Assembly: GCA_963513565.1 (NCBI GenBank)
Contig: CAUPRE010000017.1
Span: forward strand, 7,445 to 71,444
Length of the DNA stretch: 64,000 nucleotides
Direction: 5' to 3'
Source: an uncultured Flavobacterium sp.
Lineage (GTDB): Bacteria; Bacteroidota; Bacteroidia; Flavobacteriales; Flavobacteriaceae
Both the position numbers and the translations under genes were made by a program. Shown one piece after another: positions 37,640 through 45,277 of this stretch (the first letter of the stretch is position 1; the number at the start of each line of letters is the position of its first letter). The notes beneath the pieces were generated by a model that did no database searches, was not told the DNA's origin, and saw only the letters and a list, made by a program, of their open reading frames with translations.

Positions 37640-40318
37640 TTAATCAGCTATATTCGGATTCAACCATTTCATCGCTACATCGGTCGAAACATTTCTTCGT
37701 TTGGCGTAATCAATTACTTGGTCTTCTTTGATTTTTCCGAGTCCGAAATACTTGCTCTCTGGATTTCCAAAATAGTATCCAGAAACAGATGAAGCTGGCC
37801 ACATCGCCATACTTTCGGTTAAGGTTACTCCAATTTCTTCTTCAACATTTAATAATTTCCAAATAGTCGGTTTCTCTAAATGGTCTGGACAAGCTGGATA
37901 TCCTGGTGCTGGACGGATTCCTTTATACGATTCTTCAATCAAGTCCTCTTTACTTAACACTTCATCTGAAGCATAGCCCCAAATTTCTTTACGGACTTTT
38001 TCGTGTAAATATTCAGCAAAAGCTTCTGCAAAACGGTCGGCCAAAGCCTTCACCATAATCGAATTATAATCGTCTAATGCGGCTTCAAATTCGGCAGCCC
38101 ATTCGTCAACTCCAAAACCTGTAGTTACACAAAAAGCTCCCATATAATCCACTTTTCCACTATCTTTTGGCGCAATAAAATCAGACAACGCAATGTTGGG
38201 CGCTCCTTTGGTTTTTTGAGCTTGCTGACGCAAAGTCAAGAATGTTTGCAATGGATTTCCGTTTTCATCTTTCAATTCGATATCGTCGTCGTTGATTTGA
38301 TTCGCAGGAAAAATACCGTAAACGCCTTTTGCAGTTAACTTTTTCTCCTCCAAAATCACTTTCAGCATTGCTTGTGCATCTGCAAAAACCGAAGTGGCTT
38401 GTTCACCCACTACTTCATCGGTTAAAATCGCAGGATACTTCCCGAATAATTCCCAAGTTCTGAAAAATGGCGTCCAATCGATATAAGGCACCAAAGTTTC
38501 TAAATCGACTTCTACGATTTGTTTGCCAATTACTTTAGGTTGAACAGGAGTAAAACTATCCCAATCCAATTGCAATTTATTTTTTCTGGCTTCCTCGATA
38601 GACAAGAAATTTTTATCTCGTGAACGATTCAAGAATGTTTCTCTAAATGCATCGTATTCTGCACGAATATCGCTCGCATAAATTTTTCGGTTATGGTCCA
38701 ATAAATTACCCGCTACAGTTACCGCTCTCGAAGCATCGTTTACGTGAATTACCGTTTCTCTGTATTGAGGCGCAATTTTCACGGCGGTATGCGCGCGCGA
38801 AGTAGTCGCTCCACCAATCATTACAGGAATTTTCATATTGCGTTTGTCCAACTCTTTGGCCAAATACACCATTTCGTCCAATGAGGGCGTAATCAAACCG
38901 CTCAAACCAATAATATCTACCTCGTGTTCAATAGCTGCTGCGATAATTTTTTCTGGAGGCACCATCACACCCAAATCGACAATCTCATAATTATTACAAG
39001 CCAATACTACCGAAACAATATTTTTTCCAATATCGTGAACATCGCCTTTTACGGTAGCCATCAGGATTTTTCCGTTCCCAGATTTGTCTCCAACTTGCTT
39101 GGCGGCTTCAATAAAAGGCAATAGATAAGCCACCGCTTTTTTCATCACACGTGCCGATTTTACCACTTGTGGCAAAAACATTTTACCCGAACCAAACAAA
39201 TCGCCCACGACATTCATTCCTGCCATCAAATTGATTTCGATTACTTCGATGGGTTTTTCGGCGGCCAAACGTGCTTCTTCTACATCAATTTCGATAAAAG
39301 CATCCACTCCTTTTACCAAAGAGTGCGTGATTCTTTCTTGCACGGTTCCATTACGCCATTCTTGTATTACTGCTTCATTTGTTTTAGAACCGTCTCCTTT
39401 TACATTCTCAGCAAAATCCAACAAACGCTCTGTAGCATCATCGCGTCGGTCCAAAATCACATCTTCAACGTATTCTAATAAATCTTTTGGAATCTCATCG
39501 TAAATCGACAACATCTCTGGGTTTACAATTCCCATCGTCATTCCGTTTTGAATCGCGTGGTACAAGAAAACCGAGTGCATCGCCTCTCTCACCACATCAT
39601 TTCCTCTAAACGAAAACGACACATTACTCACTCCACCACTAATGTGGGCGTGCGGTAAATTTTCGCGAACCCATTTGGTTCCTCTAAAGAAATCCAAGGC
39701 ATTCAAGCGGTGTTCTTCCATTCCTGTAGCCACAGGAAAAATATTCAAATCGAAGATGATATCTTGTGGTGGAAAATGTACTTTGTTCACCAAAATATCA
39801 TACGAACGCTGACAAATTTCGATACGTCTTTCGTAATTATCGGCCTGACCCACTTCGTCAAAAGCCATCACAATCACCGCCGCACCATAGCGTTTGATTA
39901 GGTTCGCGTGATGAATGAATCGCTCCTCACCTTCTTTCAAAGAAATCGAATTCACGACACATTTCCCTTGCACCACTTTCAATCCCGCCTCAATGATTTC
40001 CCATTTCGAGCTATCAATCATAATCGGCACACGCGAAATATCTGGTTCGGCCGCAATCAAATTCAGGAATTTGGTCATAGCATATTCGCCATCCAACATC
40101 CCTTCGTCCATATTGACATCAATAATCTGTGCGCCACCTTCTACTTGTTGGCGCGCAATATCCAGCGCCTCATCGTATTTCTCTTCCTTTATCAATCGAA
40201 GAAATTTTCGCGAACCCGTCACATTGGTTCGTTCCCCCACATTCACAAATACGCTTTCCGGCGTGATGATTAAGGGTTCCAATCCTGATAATACTAGGTT
40301 TCTTCTTTTTTCTGCCAT
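37640..40318 (-). CDS. metH: methionine synthase, cobalamin-dependent (pterin-binding, B12-binding and AdoMet-activation domains; lacks the Hcy domain)
   Basis: B12-binding motif [11 protein letters not shown], the pterin-binding barrel at the N-terminus and the activation domain at the C-terminus. 892 aa. Confidence 0.92.
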   Translation of the reverse strand: MAEKRRNLVLSGLEPLIITPESVFVNVGERTNVTGSRKFLRLIKEEKYDEALDIARQQVEGGAQIIDVNMDEGMLDGEYAMTKFLNLIAAEPDISRVPIMIDSSKWEIIEAGLKVVQGKCVVNSISLKEGEERFIHHANLIKRYGAAVIVMAFDEVGQADNYERRIEICQRSYDILVNKVHFPPQDIIFDLNIFPVATGMEEHRLNALDFFRGTKWVRENLPHAHISGGVSNVSFSFRGNDVVREAMHSVFLYHAIQNGMTMGIVNPEMLSIYDEIPKDLLEYVEDVILDRRDDATERLLDFAENVKGDGSKTNEAVIQEWRNGTVQERITHSLVKGVDAFIEIDVEEARLAAEKPIEVIEINLMAGMNVVGDLFGSGKMFLPQVVKSARVMKKAVAYLLPFIEAAKQVGDKSGNGKILMATVKGDVHDIGKNIVSVVLACNNYEIVDLGVMVPPEKIIAAAIEHEVDIIGLSGLITPSLDEMVYLAKELDKRNMKIPVMIGGATTSRAHTAVKIAPQYRETVIHVNDASRAVTVAGNLLDHNRKIYASDIRAEYDAFRETFLNRSRDKNFLSIEEARKNKLQLDWDSFTPVQPKVIGKQIVEVDLETLVPYIDWTPFFRTWELFGKYPAILTDEVVGEQATSVFADAQAMLKVILEEKKLTAKGVYGIFPANQINDDDIELKDENGNPLQTFLTLRQQAQKTKGAPNIALSDFIAPKDSGKVDYMGAFCVTTGFGVDEWAAEFEAALDDYNSIMVKALADRFAEAFAEYLHEKVRKEIWGYASDEVLSKEDLIEESYKGIRPAPGYPACPDHLEKPTIWKLLNVEEEIGVTLTESMAMWPASSVSGYYFGNPESKYFGLGKIKEDQVIDYAKRRNVSTDVAMKWLNPNIAD

Positions 40319-40432
40319 TTGTTTATTTTGAGTTACTCAGTGGCTAAATAGCTTAGCTACTAAGTGATTTTCTATTTTATATTTTATCTCCAGCTCGTCT
40401 TCAAAACTAAACTGGGTTTTCTTTTTTATTTT

Positions 40433-40522
40433 GGGCGTCTCCCAAGGGCCGGGCTATCCGTTCCCGCTTTTTTTCTTGATAAAAAAATCAAGAAAAAAGA
40501 GCTCCACTACTATCCCTCACGC
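40433..40522. repeat. family C variant (GGGCGTCT...GGGCTATCC...[ttcttgat..atcaagaa hairpin]...CTATCCCTCACGC)
   Basis: Shares both termini and the GGGCTATCC word with 5092..5205 and 62021..62135, but has a different internal hairpin. Confidence 0.65.
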
Positions 40523-40610
40523 GGGCATTGTGCAATACAACACCATTTTTGTTTCAATGAAACGGTTCCGTTTTTATAATTCACAACGGAATGAATTTTC
40601 CTCTTACATC

Positions 40611-40659
40611 CCAACGGATTAAAATCCGTTGCTACAAAATAGGTCGTTCCTACGGAACT
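40611..40659. repeat. family F element (GGATTAAAATCC hairpin + GCTACAAAATAGGTCGTTCCTACGGAAC)
   Basis: Second copy at 43769..43816 (tcgggttgaaacccgacgctataaaattatacgttcctacggaac). Confidence 0.75.
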
Positions 40660-40667
40660 TTTATGCT

Positions 40668-40758
40668 GCTAGCGCGAGCGTCCCGCTCGTGCTTATTCTT
40701 TTCTTGAAAATATTTTCCTGCCCTATATTATGTGCACGAGCGTGACGCTCGCGCTAGC
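40668..40758. repeat. 25-bp inverted repeat pair (GCTAGCGCGAGCGTCCCGCTCGTGC / GCACGAGCGTGACGCTCGCGCTAGC) with a 41-bp spacer
   Basis: The arms at 40668..40692 and 40734..40758 are reverse complements with one mismatch. Confidence 0.8.
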
Positions 40759-40783
40759 TGGACAACTGAATTTTCTCTGCCCT

Positions 40784-40854
40784 CCTGCAAGGTTTACAAA
40801 ACCTTGTAGGTCTATTAAATTAAATACCTACAAGGTTAAAAAAAACCTTGCAGG
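40784..40854. repeat. pair of related hairpins (cctgcaaggttt-acaa-aaccttgtagg and cctacaaggtt-a8-aaccttgcagg)
   Basis: Two self-complementary units at 40784..40810 and 40827..40854, just downstream of the Hcy methyltransferase stop. Confidence 0.75.
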
Positions 40855-40864
40855 AACAGTCTTT

Positions 40865-41914
40865 TTACATCACCGCAGTCGAAACCCTCGGCTTATACTC
40901 CTTAGCGATATCCGCAATTAATTTGATGTGTTCTGGGGTGGTGCCGCAGCAGCCTCCTATGATGTTGATTAAATTATCTTCTAAATAAGAACGAATTTGC
41001 GCTTGCATTTCCTCAGGCGTTTCGTCGTATTCTCCAAAGGCATTAGGCAATCCCGCATTAGGATGCGCCGAAATATTGAAAGAGGTATTATGCGACAAAT
41101 TTTGCAAATACGGCTTGAGCAAATCGGCGCCCAAAGCGCAATTGAATCCTACACTCAACAACGGAATGTGCGAAACCGAAATCAAGAAAGCCTCAACGGT
41201 TTGTCCAGAAAGTGTTCTTCCTGAAGCATCGGTGATGGTTCCAGAAACCATAATCGGTACATCGATGTTGCGTTCTTCTTTGACTTCTTCGATGGCAAAA
41301 AGTGCGGCTTTGGCATTCAAGGTGTCGAAAATAGTTTCTACCAAAAGAATGTCAGAACCTCCATCCAACAAGGCTTCGACTTGTTGTTTGTAAGCGATAC
41401 GTAAATCATCAAAAGTTACCGCTCGGTATCCTGGGTCATTCACATCGGGTGACATACTTGCGGTTCTGTTTGTGGGTCCAATGGAACCTGCTACAAAACG
41501 TGGTTGGTCTGGATTTTTGGCGGTGAATGCATCGGCTACTTCACGGGCTAATTTAGCGGATTCGTAGTTGAGTTCGTATACCAAATCCTCCAAATGATAG
41601 TCGGCCATTCCGATGGTGGTTCCTGAAAAGGTATTGGTTTCTACAATATCGGCTCCTGCCTCAAAATAGGCGGCGTGCACGGCTTTGATGGCCTGTGGTT
41701 GCGTGAGGGACAATAAATCATTGTTCCCTTTTAACGGATGTGGGAAATCTTTGAATCGTTCGCCACGAAAATCTTCTTCGGAGAAATTGTAGCGTTGCAA
41801 CATCGTTCCCATCGCTCCGTCGAGCACGAGAATTCTTTTTTTTATAGCTTCCCAAATAAGCCCCCTAGCCCCCGAAGGGGGAACTCCTATCGTATCTTTT
41901 AAATCTTTTGACAT
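40865..41914 (-). CDS. homocysteine S-methyltransferase domain protein (N-terminal module of split MetH)
   Basis: [15 protein letters not shown] and [11 protein letters not shown] zinc-ligand motifs. I prefer the ATG at 41914 because the track start at 41947 is a TTG. The N-terminus contains a translated family A repeat (VPPSGARGL). Confidence 0.88.
   Translation of the reverse strand: MSKDLKDTIGVPPSGARGLIWEAIKKRILVLDGAMGTMLQRYNFSEEDFRGERFKDFPHPLKGNNDLLSLTQPQAIKAVHAAYFEAGADIVETNTFSGTTIGMADYHLEDLVYELNYESAKLAREVADAFTAKNPDQPRFVAGSIGPTNRTASMSPDVNDPGYRAVTFDDLRIAYKQQVEALLDGGSDILLVETIFDTLNAKAALFAIEEVKEERNIDVPIMVSGTITDASGRTLSGQTVEAFLISVSHIPLLSVGFNCALGADLLKPYLQNLSHNTSFNISAHPNAGLPNAFGEYDETPEEMQAQIRSYLEDNLINIIGGCCGTTPEHIKLIADIAKEYKPRVSTAVM
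41860..41882. repeat. family A GC hairpin element inside the 5' end of the Hcy methyltransferase CDS
   Basis: gccccctagcccccgaaggggga. In frame it encodes PPSGARGL between the ATG (41914) and the conserved KKRILVLDG core. Confidence 0.85.
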
Positions 41915-42038
41915 ACTTTTTCTTGTCGCTAAGGCGCTAGAGCGCAAAGCTTTTTTTAATTTATATTTTCTGACATTCCTCTAGTTTGAGGAAATACATT
42001 GCTTTTTTTGTTTCTAAATAAGCCTATTGCTGGCTATT

Positions 42039-42109
42039 TAGCCCCGATAGCAGTGTAAATCCTTGTGTGCCGGGGTTCGGCATACAAGATTGTAACGGAT
42101 AGCGGGAAC
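42039..42109. repeat. family D element between the SAM riboswitch and its regulated ORF
   Basis: tagccccgatagcagtgtaaatcc-[ttgtgtgccggggttcggcatacaa]-gattgtaacggatagcgggaac. Confidence 0.8.
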
Positions 42110-42175
42110 GTTGATGCCAAAAAAGCGGCAATGATGCGCTCATTCAATTATTTAAAAATGTATCGGGAAAGGGGT

Positions 42176-42200
42176 TTGAAAAAATACGAGACTGTATTTT
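42176..42200 (-). terminator. riboswitch expression-platform terminator
   Basis: On the minus strand: AAAAUAC-AGUCUC-GUAUUUUUU, immediately 3' of the SAM-I aptamer. Confidence 0.5.
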
Positions 42201-42203
42201 GTT

Positions 42204-42307
42204 GTTATCTATCCGCGCTATGCTTGGTAGAATGTAGCACCTTCTTTAAAAAAGTAAAGGGTTGCTAAGGTTTCATCGGGTCTTTTCCCTCCGCCTTTCG
42301 TGATAAC
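42204..42307 (-). promoter_or_regulatory. SAM-I (S-box) riboswitch aptamer upstream of the Hcy-MT/metH/metF genes
   Basis: The minus strand reads GUUAUC-acgaaAGGCGGAGGGAaaAGACCCGAUGAAaCCuuAGCAACCc...gaAGGUGCUAcAUUCua...GAUAAC, matching the SAM-I conserved core and P1 helix. Confidence 0.8.
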
Positions 42308-42383
42308 TTTCAATAAAAATAGGAACGGTGCAAAGTAACGACATAACGCTAACAATTGCAAGTGTTTTTTTAGAAGTTTAAAA

Positions 42384-42476
42384 GTTTAAAAAAAGGTTTA
42401 AATTGTTTAAAGTTGTTTAAGATTGTCGCCGAATCGACGCAACACTTAAACTTTTAAACAATTTAAACCTTTAAAC
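42384..42476 (-). terminator. long word-repeat hairpin after the FNR-like gene (probable end of the cys operon)
   Basis: A 17-bp perfect core (ggtttaaattgtttaaa at 42394..42410 paired with tttaaacaatttaaacc at 42453..42469) lies within longer imperfect arms. The tip hairpin is gtcg-ccgaat-cgac. Confidence 0.45.
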
Positions 42477-42489
42477 GGAATAAACGAAA

Positions 42490-43545
42490 CTATACAATAG
42501 CTTTCACTACTGCTTTTGGCGCTTCTTTACGAGTACCGTCGAATCCGTCAACACCTGAAACGGTGGTGTACTTCATCACATATTTTTTACCTGGATTGAT
42601 AATTTGGTAAGCCGCTTGACACATTAAAGTGGCTTCGTGGAATCCGCAAAGAATCAATTTTAATTTTCCTGGATAGGTGTTTACGTCACCAATGGCGAAA
42701 ATCCCAGGAATGTTGGTTTGATAATCTAAAGCATTGTTTACTTTGATGGCATTTTTTTCGATTTCTAATCCCCAATCGCCGATAGGTCCTAATTTTGGAG
42801 TCAATCCGAAAAGTGGAATAAAATAGTCGGTTGCGATGGTTTGTTTAGCGCCTTTGTCGTCTTCTACCACTACAGATTCGATATGCTCGGCACCATTTAA
42901 GCCTACTACTTCTCCTGGAGTAATCAATCTGATTTTTCCAGCAGATTTTAATTCTTGCACTTTCTCTACAGAATCTAATGCGCCACGGAATTCGTTACGA
43001 CGGTGAATCAAGGTTACCTCTGATGCTACATTCGACAAGAAAATACTCCAGTCTAAAGCAGAATCTCCACCACCAGCAATCACGACTCTCTTGTCACGGA
43101 ATTTTTCTGGATTCTTGATAAAGTATTTGATTCCCTTGTCTTCGTAAAACTCAATGTCTTCGATTAAAGGTTTTCTTGGTTCAAAACTTCCTAAGCCTCC
43201 TGCAATAGCAATAACTGGAGCGTGGAATTTTTTTCCTTTGTTAGAAGTTACAATAAAGCTACCATCTTCTTGTTTTTCGATAGTTTCTGCGCGTTCTCCA
43301 AGGGTAAATCCTGGTTCGAATTGTTTGATTTGTTCCATTAAATTATCCACCAAATCTCCAGCTAGTACTTCTGGAAATCCTGGAATATCATAAATAGGTT
43401 TCTTAGGATACAATTCTGATAATTGTCCGCCTGGCTGTGGCAAGGCATCCAAAATATGACATTTTAATTTTAATAATCCTGCTTCGAAAACGGCGAAAAG
43501 CCCTGTTGGTCCTGCTCCTATTATTAATATATCTGTTTTAACCAT
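42490..43545 (-). CDS. ferredoxin--NADP(+) reductase, thioredoxin-reductase-like type (YumC-like)
   Basis: IIGAGPTGLF (FAD) and IAGGGDSALDW (NADPH) motifs. 351 aa and no CxxC redox pair. Confidence 0.8.
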   Translation of the reverse strand: MVKTDILIIGAGPTGLFAVFEAGLLKLKCHILDALPQPGGQLSELYPKKPIYDIPGFPEVLAGDLVDNLMEQIKQFEPGFTLGERAETIEKQEDGSFIVTSNKGKKFHAPVIAIAGGLGSFEPRKPLIEDIEFYEDKGIKYFIKNPEKFRDKRVVIAGGGDSALDWSIFLSNVASEVTLIHRRNEFRGALDSVEKVQELKSAGKIRLITPGEVVGLNGAEHIESVVVEDDKGAKQTIATDYFIPLFGLTPKLGPIGDWGLEIEKNAIKVNNALDYQTNIPGIFAIGDVNTYPGKLKLILCGFHEATLMCQAAYQIINPGKKYVMKYTTVSGVDGFDGTRKEAPKAVVKAIV

Positions 43546-43593
43546 TTTTTTTTATTTATACTTATTACTTCTTTTTTTTTTTTCATTTTGTAC

Positions 43594-43619
43594 GTGCAGG
43601 TCGCGACCTGTCCCTAAAG
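43594..43619. repeat. family E palindrome (CAGGTCGCGACCTGTCCCTA), copy 1
   Basis: Related copies at 43695..43720 and 44413..44437. Confidence 0.75.
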
Positions 43620-43694
43620 TGTTCAAATAAACGATTAATTCATTTGAGGATTCGTGATAAATATCACTTGGGTATTTTTTTTTATTGTGATGGA

Positions 43695-43720
43695 GGACAG
43701 GTCACGACCTGTCCCTACGC
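43695..43720. repeat. family E palindrome (CAGGTCACGACCTGTCCCTAC), copy 2
   Basis: See copy 1. Confidence 0.75.
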
Positions 43721-43725
43721 GTATT

Positions 43726-43768
43726 ATTTATTATTTTTTAATGCCTCGGTGATTTCGTTCATACGTTT
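43726..43768 (-). pseudogene. relic duplicate of the 3' end of the precorrin-2 dehydrogenase gene (encodes ...KRMNEITEALKNNK*)
   Basis: 43740..43767 matches 43832..43859 at 26 of 28 nt. Across the aligned codons the differences are synonymous. The relic is separated from the live stop codon by a family F element. Confidence 0.6.
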
Positions 43769-43816
43769 CATCGGGTTGAAACCCGACGCTATAAAATTAT
43801 ACGTTCCTACGGAACT
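43769..43816. repeat. family F element, copy 2
   Basis: catcgggttgaaacccgacgctataaaattatacgttcctacggaact. Its last base overlaps the first base of the live stop codon (43816..43818). Confidence 0.75.
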
Positions 43817-44397
43817 TATCCCTTGTTCTTCAACGCCTCGGTGATTTCATTCATACGTTGCACCTTTTCTTCAAAATTTCCTTTCAACGTTTTGCGATAT
43901 TCATTCAGGTTTTCGACCATTTTATTCACATCTTCTGGAATGACCTCTTCAAAAAATTCACGCAATCGCTTGGCGGTTGTTGGTGATTTCCCGTTCGTTG
44001 AAATGGCGATTTTTACATTGCCTTTGGTTACAATTCCGCCCAAATAATAATCGCATAAATCGGGCGTATCGGCAATATTACAAATCAAATAACGCTTTCT
44101 GGATAAATCATACACGCGTTTGTTCACCTTCAAATCATCCGTACAAGCTATTACTAAATTACGCTTGCGAAGCATCCAACGATTGAATTTCTTTGGCGTC
44201 AATTTTACTGAAGGATGTTTCTCAGCCAAAGCTTCCAACTCGGGAAGAAATCGCGGTGCGACCACTTCAACATTCGCATTTGGGCTTGATTTCAACATAA
44301 AAGATAACTTTTCTAAACCCACATTTCCACCACCTACAATCAATACATTTAATTGATGTAGTTTTAAAAATACGGGATATAATTCGTTTCTTTCCAT
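43816..44397 (-). CDS. precorrin-2 dehydrogenase / sirohydrochlorin ferrochelatase (siroheme synthase N-terminal-type, SirC/Met8-like)
   Basis: LIVGGGNVGLEK NAD-binding motif. 193 aa. Adjacent to cobA and sulfite reductase. Confidence 0.8.
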   Translation of the reverse strand: MERNELYPVFLKLHQLNVLIVGGGNVGLEKLSFMLKSSPNANVEVVAPRFLPELEALAEKHPSVKLTPKKFNRWMLRKRNLVIACTDDLKVNKRVYDLSRKRYLICNIADTPDLCDYYLGGIVTKGNVKIAISTNGKSPTTAKRLREFFEEVIPEDVNKMVENLNEYRKTLKGNFEEKVQRMNEITEALKNKG

Positions 44398-44412
44398 TGC
44401 TTATTTTTTTAA

Positions 44413-44437
44413 GTCAGGTCAAGACCTGACCCTACGG
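44413..44437. repeat. family E palindrome (CAGGTCAAGACCTGACCCTAC), copy 3
   Basis: Lies in the 46-bp cobA-sirC spacer. Confidence 0.7.
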
Positions 44438-44443
44438 ATTTAT

Positions 44444-45265
44444 TTATCGTATTTCTTTCGAAATAAATTCTTCGTAAAATCCTTTTAACTTATTGCTTTC
44501 TTTTACCACTTCGCCAATTACAATGATGGCGGGATTGCTCAAATTATGCGTTGCTACAACAGCTTCTATCGTATCAATAGTTCCTACTCCAATTCTTTCT
44601 TCTGGAGTCGTTCCGTTTTGAATGATGGCAATCGGCGTTTCACCTTTGCTTTCCTCTTGAAACAGGGCAACAATTTGCGCCAATTTACTCATTCCCATTA
44701 AAATCACCACCGTTGCCGTTGATTTGGCTGCTAGCTGAACATCATCTGATAATTTTCTTGCCGATGTTGTACCAGTAATTACCCAAAAGCTCTCTGAAAC
44801 ACCACGTTTTGTCAACGAAATCCCTTGATAAGCAGGAACTGCAATTGATGATGAAATACCTGGAACGACAAAGGTAGGAATTCCAAAGCTTTCAGCGTGC
44901 TCAATTTCTTCACTTCCACGTCCAAAAATAAATGGGTCACCTCCTTTTAATCGAACAACGTGACCGTAAGTCAAGGCATTATCAACAATTAACTGATTGA
45001 TTTGCTCCTGCGAATAGGCGTGACTTCCTTTGCGTTTGCCTACAAATATCTTGATTGAAGATTTTGGCGCAAACTCCATTAACTCTTCGTTAGCCAAAGC
45101 ATCATACAAAACGACATCGGCTTCAGCCAAAGCTTTTACCCCTTTTATAGTCAAAAGGTCTGGGTCACCTGGGCCTGCACCTACTAAAGTAACTTTAGGA
45201 GCCCCACCCCGGCCCTCCCCAAAAGGGAGGGAGGAAGAATTGGTACTTGTTATTTTATAGCTCAT
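44444..45265 (-). CDS. cobA: uroporphyrinogen-III C-methyltransferase
   Basis: LVGAGPGDPDLLT and GGDPFIFGRG motifs. The N-terminal 24 aa include a translated family B repeat (SSLPFGEGRGGAP). Confidence 0.88.
   Translation of the reverse strand: MSYKITSTNSSSLPFGEGRGGAPKVTLVGAGPGDPDLLTIKGVKALAEADVVLYDALANEELMEFAPKSSIKIFVGKRKGSHAYSQEQINQLIVDNALTYGHVVRLKGGDPFIFGRGSEEIEHAESFGIPTFVVPGISSSIAVPAYQGISLTKRGVSESFWVITGTTSARKLSDDVQLAAKSTATVVILMGMSKLAQIVALFQEESKGETPIAIIQNGTTPEERIGVGTIDTIEAVVATHNLSNPAIIVIGEVVKESNKLKGFYEEFISKEIR
45201..45234. repeat. family B GC-rich element inside the 5' end of the cobA CDS
   Basis: gccccaccccggccctccccaaaagggagggagg. No alternative in-frame ATG lies between it and the conserved core. 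Confidence 0.85.
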
Positions 45266-45277
45266 ACGCTTCCGCTT

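Noticed and set aside
39915-40331. Several 60-140-aa plus-strand ORFs inside metH (39167..40331)
   Set aside because: They are antisense shadow ORFs within a strongly supported CDS and have low-complexity composition.
40364-40921. Three small plus-strand ORFs (40364..40579, 40431..40622, 40730..40921)
   Set aside because: They overlap each other and are composed of repeat modules (families C and F, the GC inverted repeats and the hairpins).
37640-41947. Split metH as a disrupted pseudogene
   Set aside because: Both parts are intact ORFs with complete domain motifs (Zn-binding Cys in the Hcy module, DxHxxG in the B12 module). From memory, a two-gene MetH is the normal arrangement in Flavobacteriia. 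The long repeat-filled spacer is reported separately.
42065-42268. 67-aa plus-strand ORF
   Set aside because: It overlaps the family D repeat and the antisense of the SAM-I riboswitch.
43644-43844. 66-aa plus-strand ORF in the FNR-sirC spacer
   Set aside because: It spans family E/F repeats and the relic sirC 3' end on the wrong strand.
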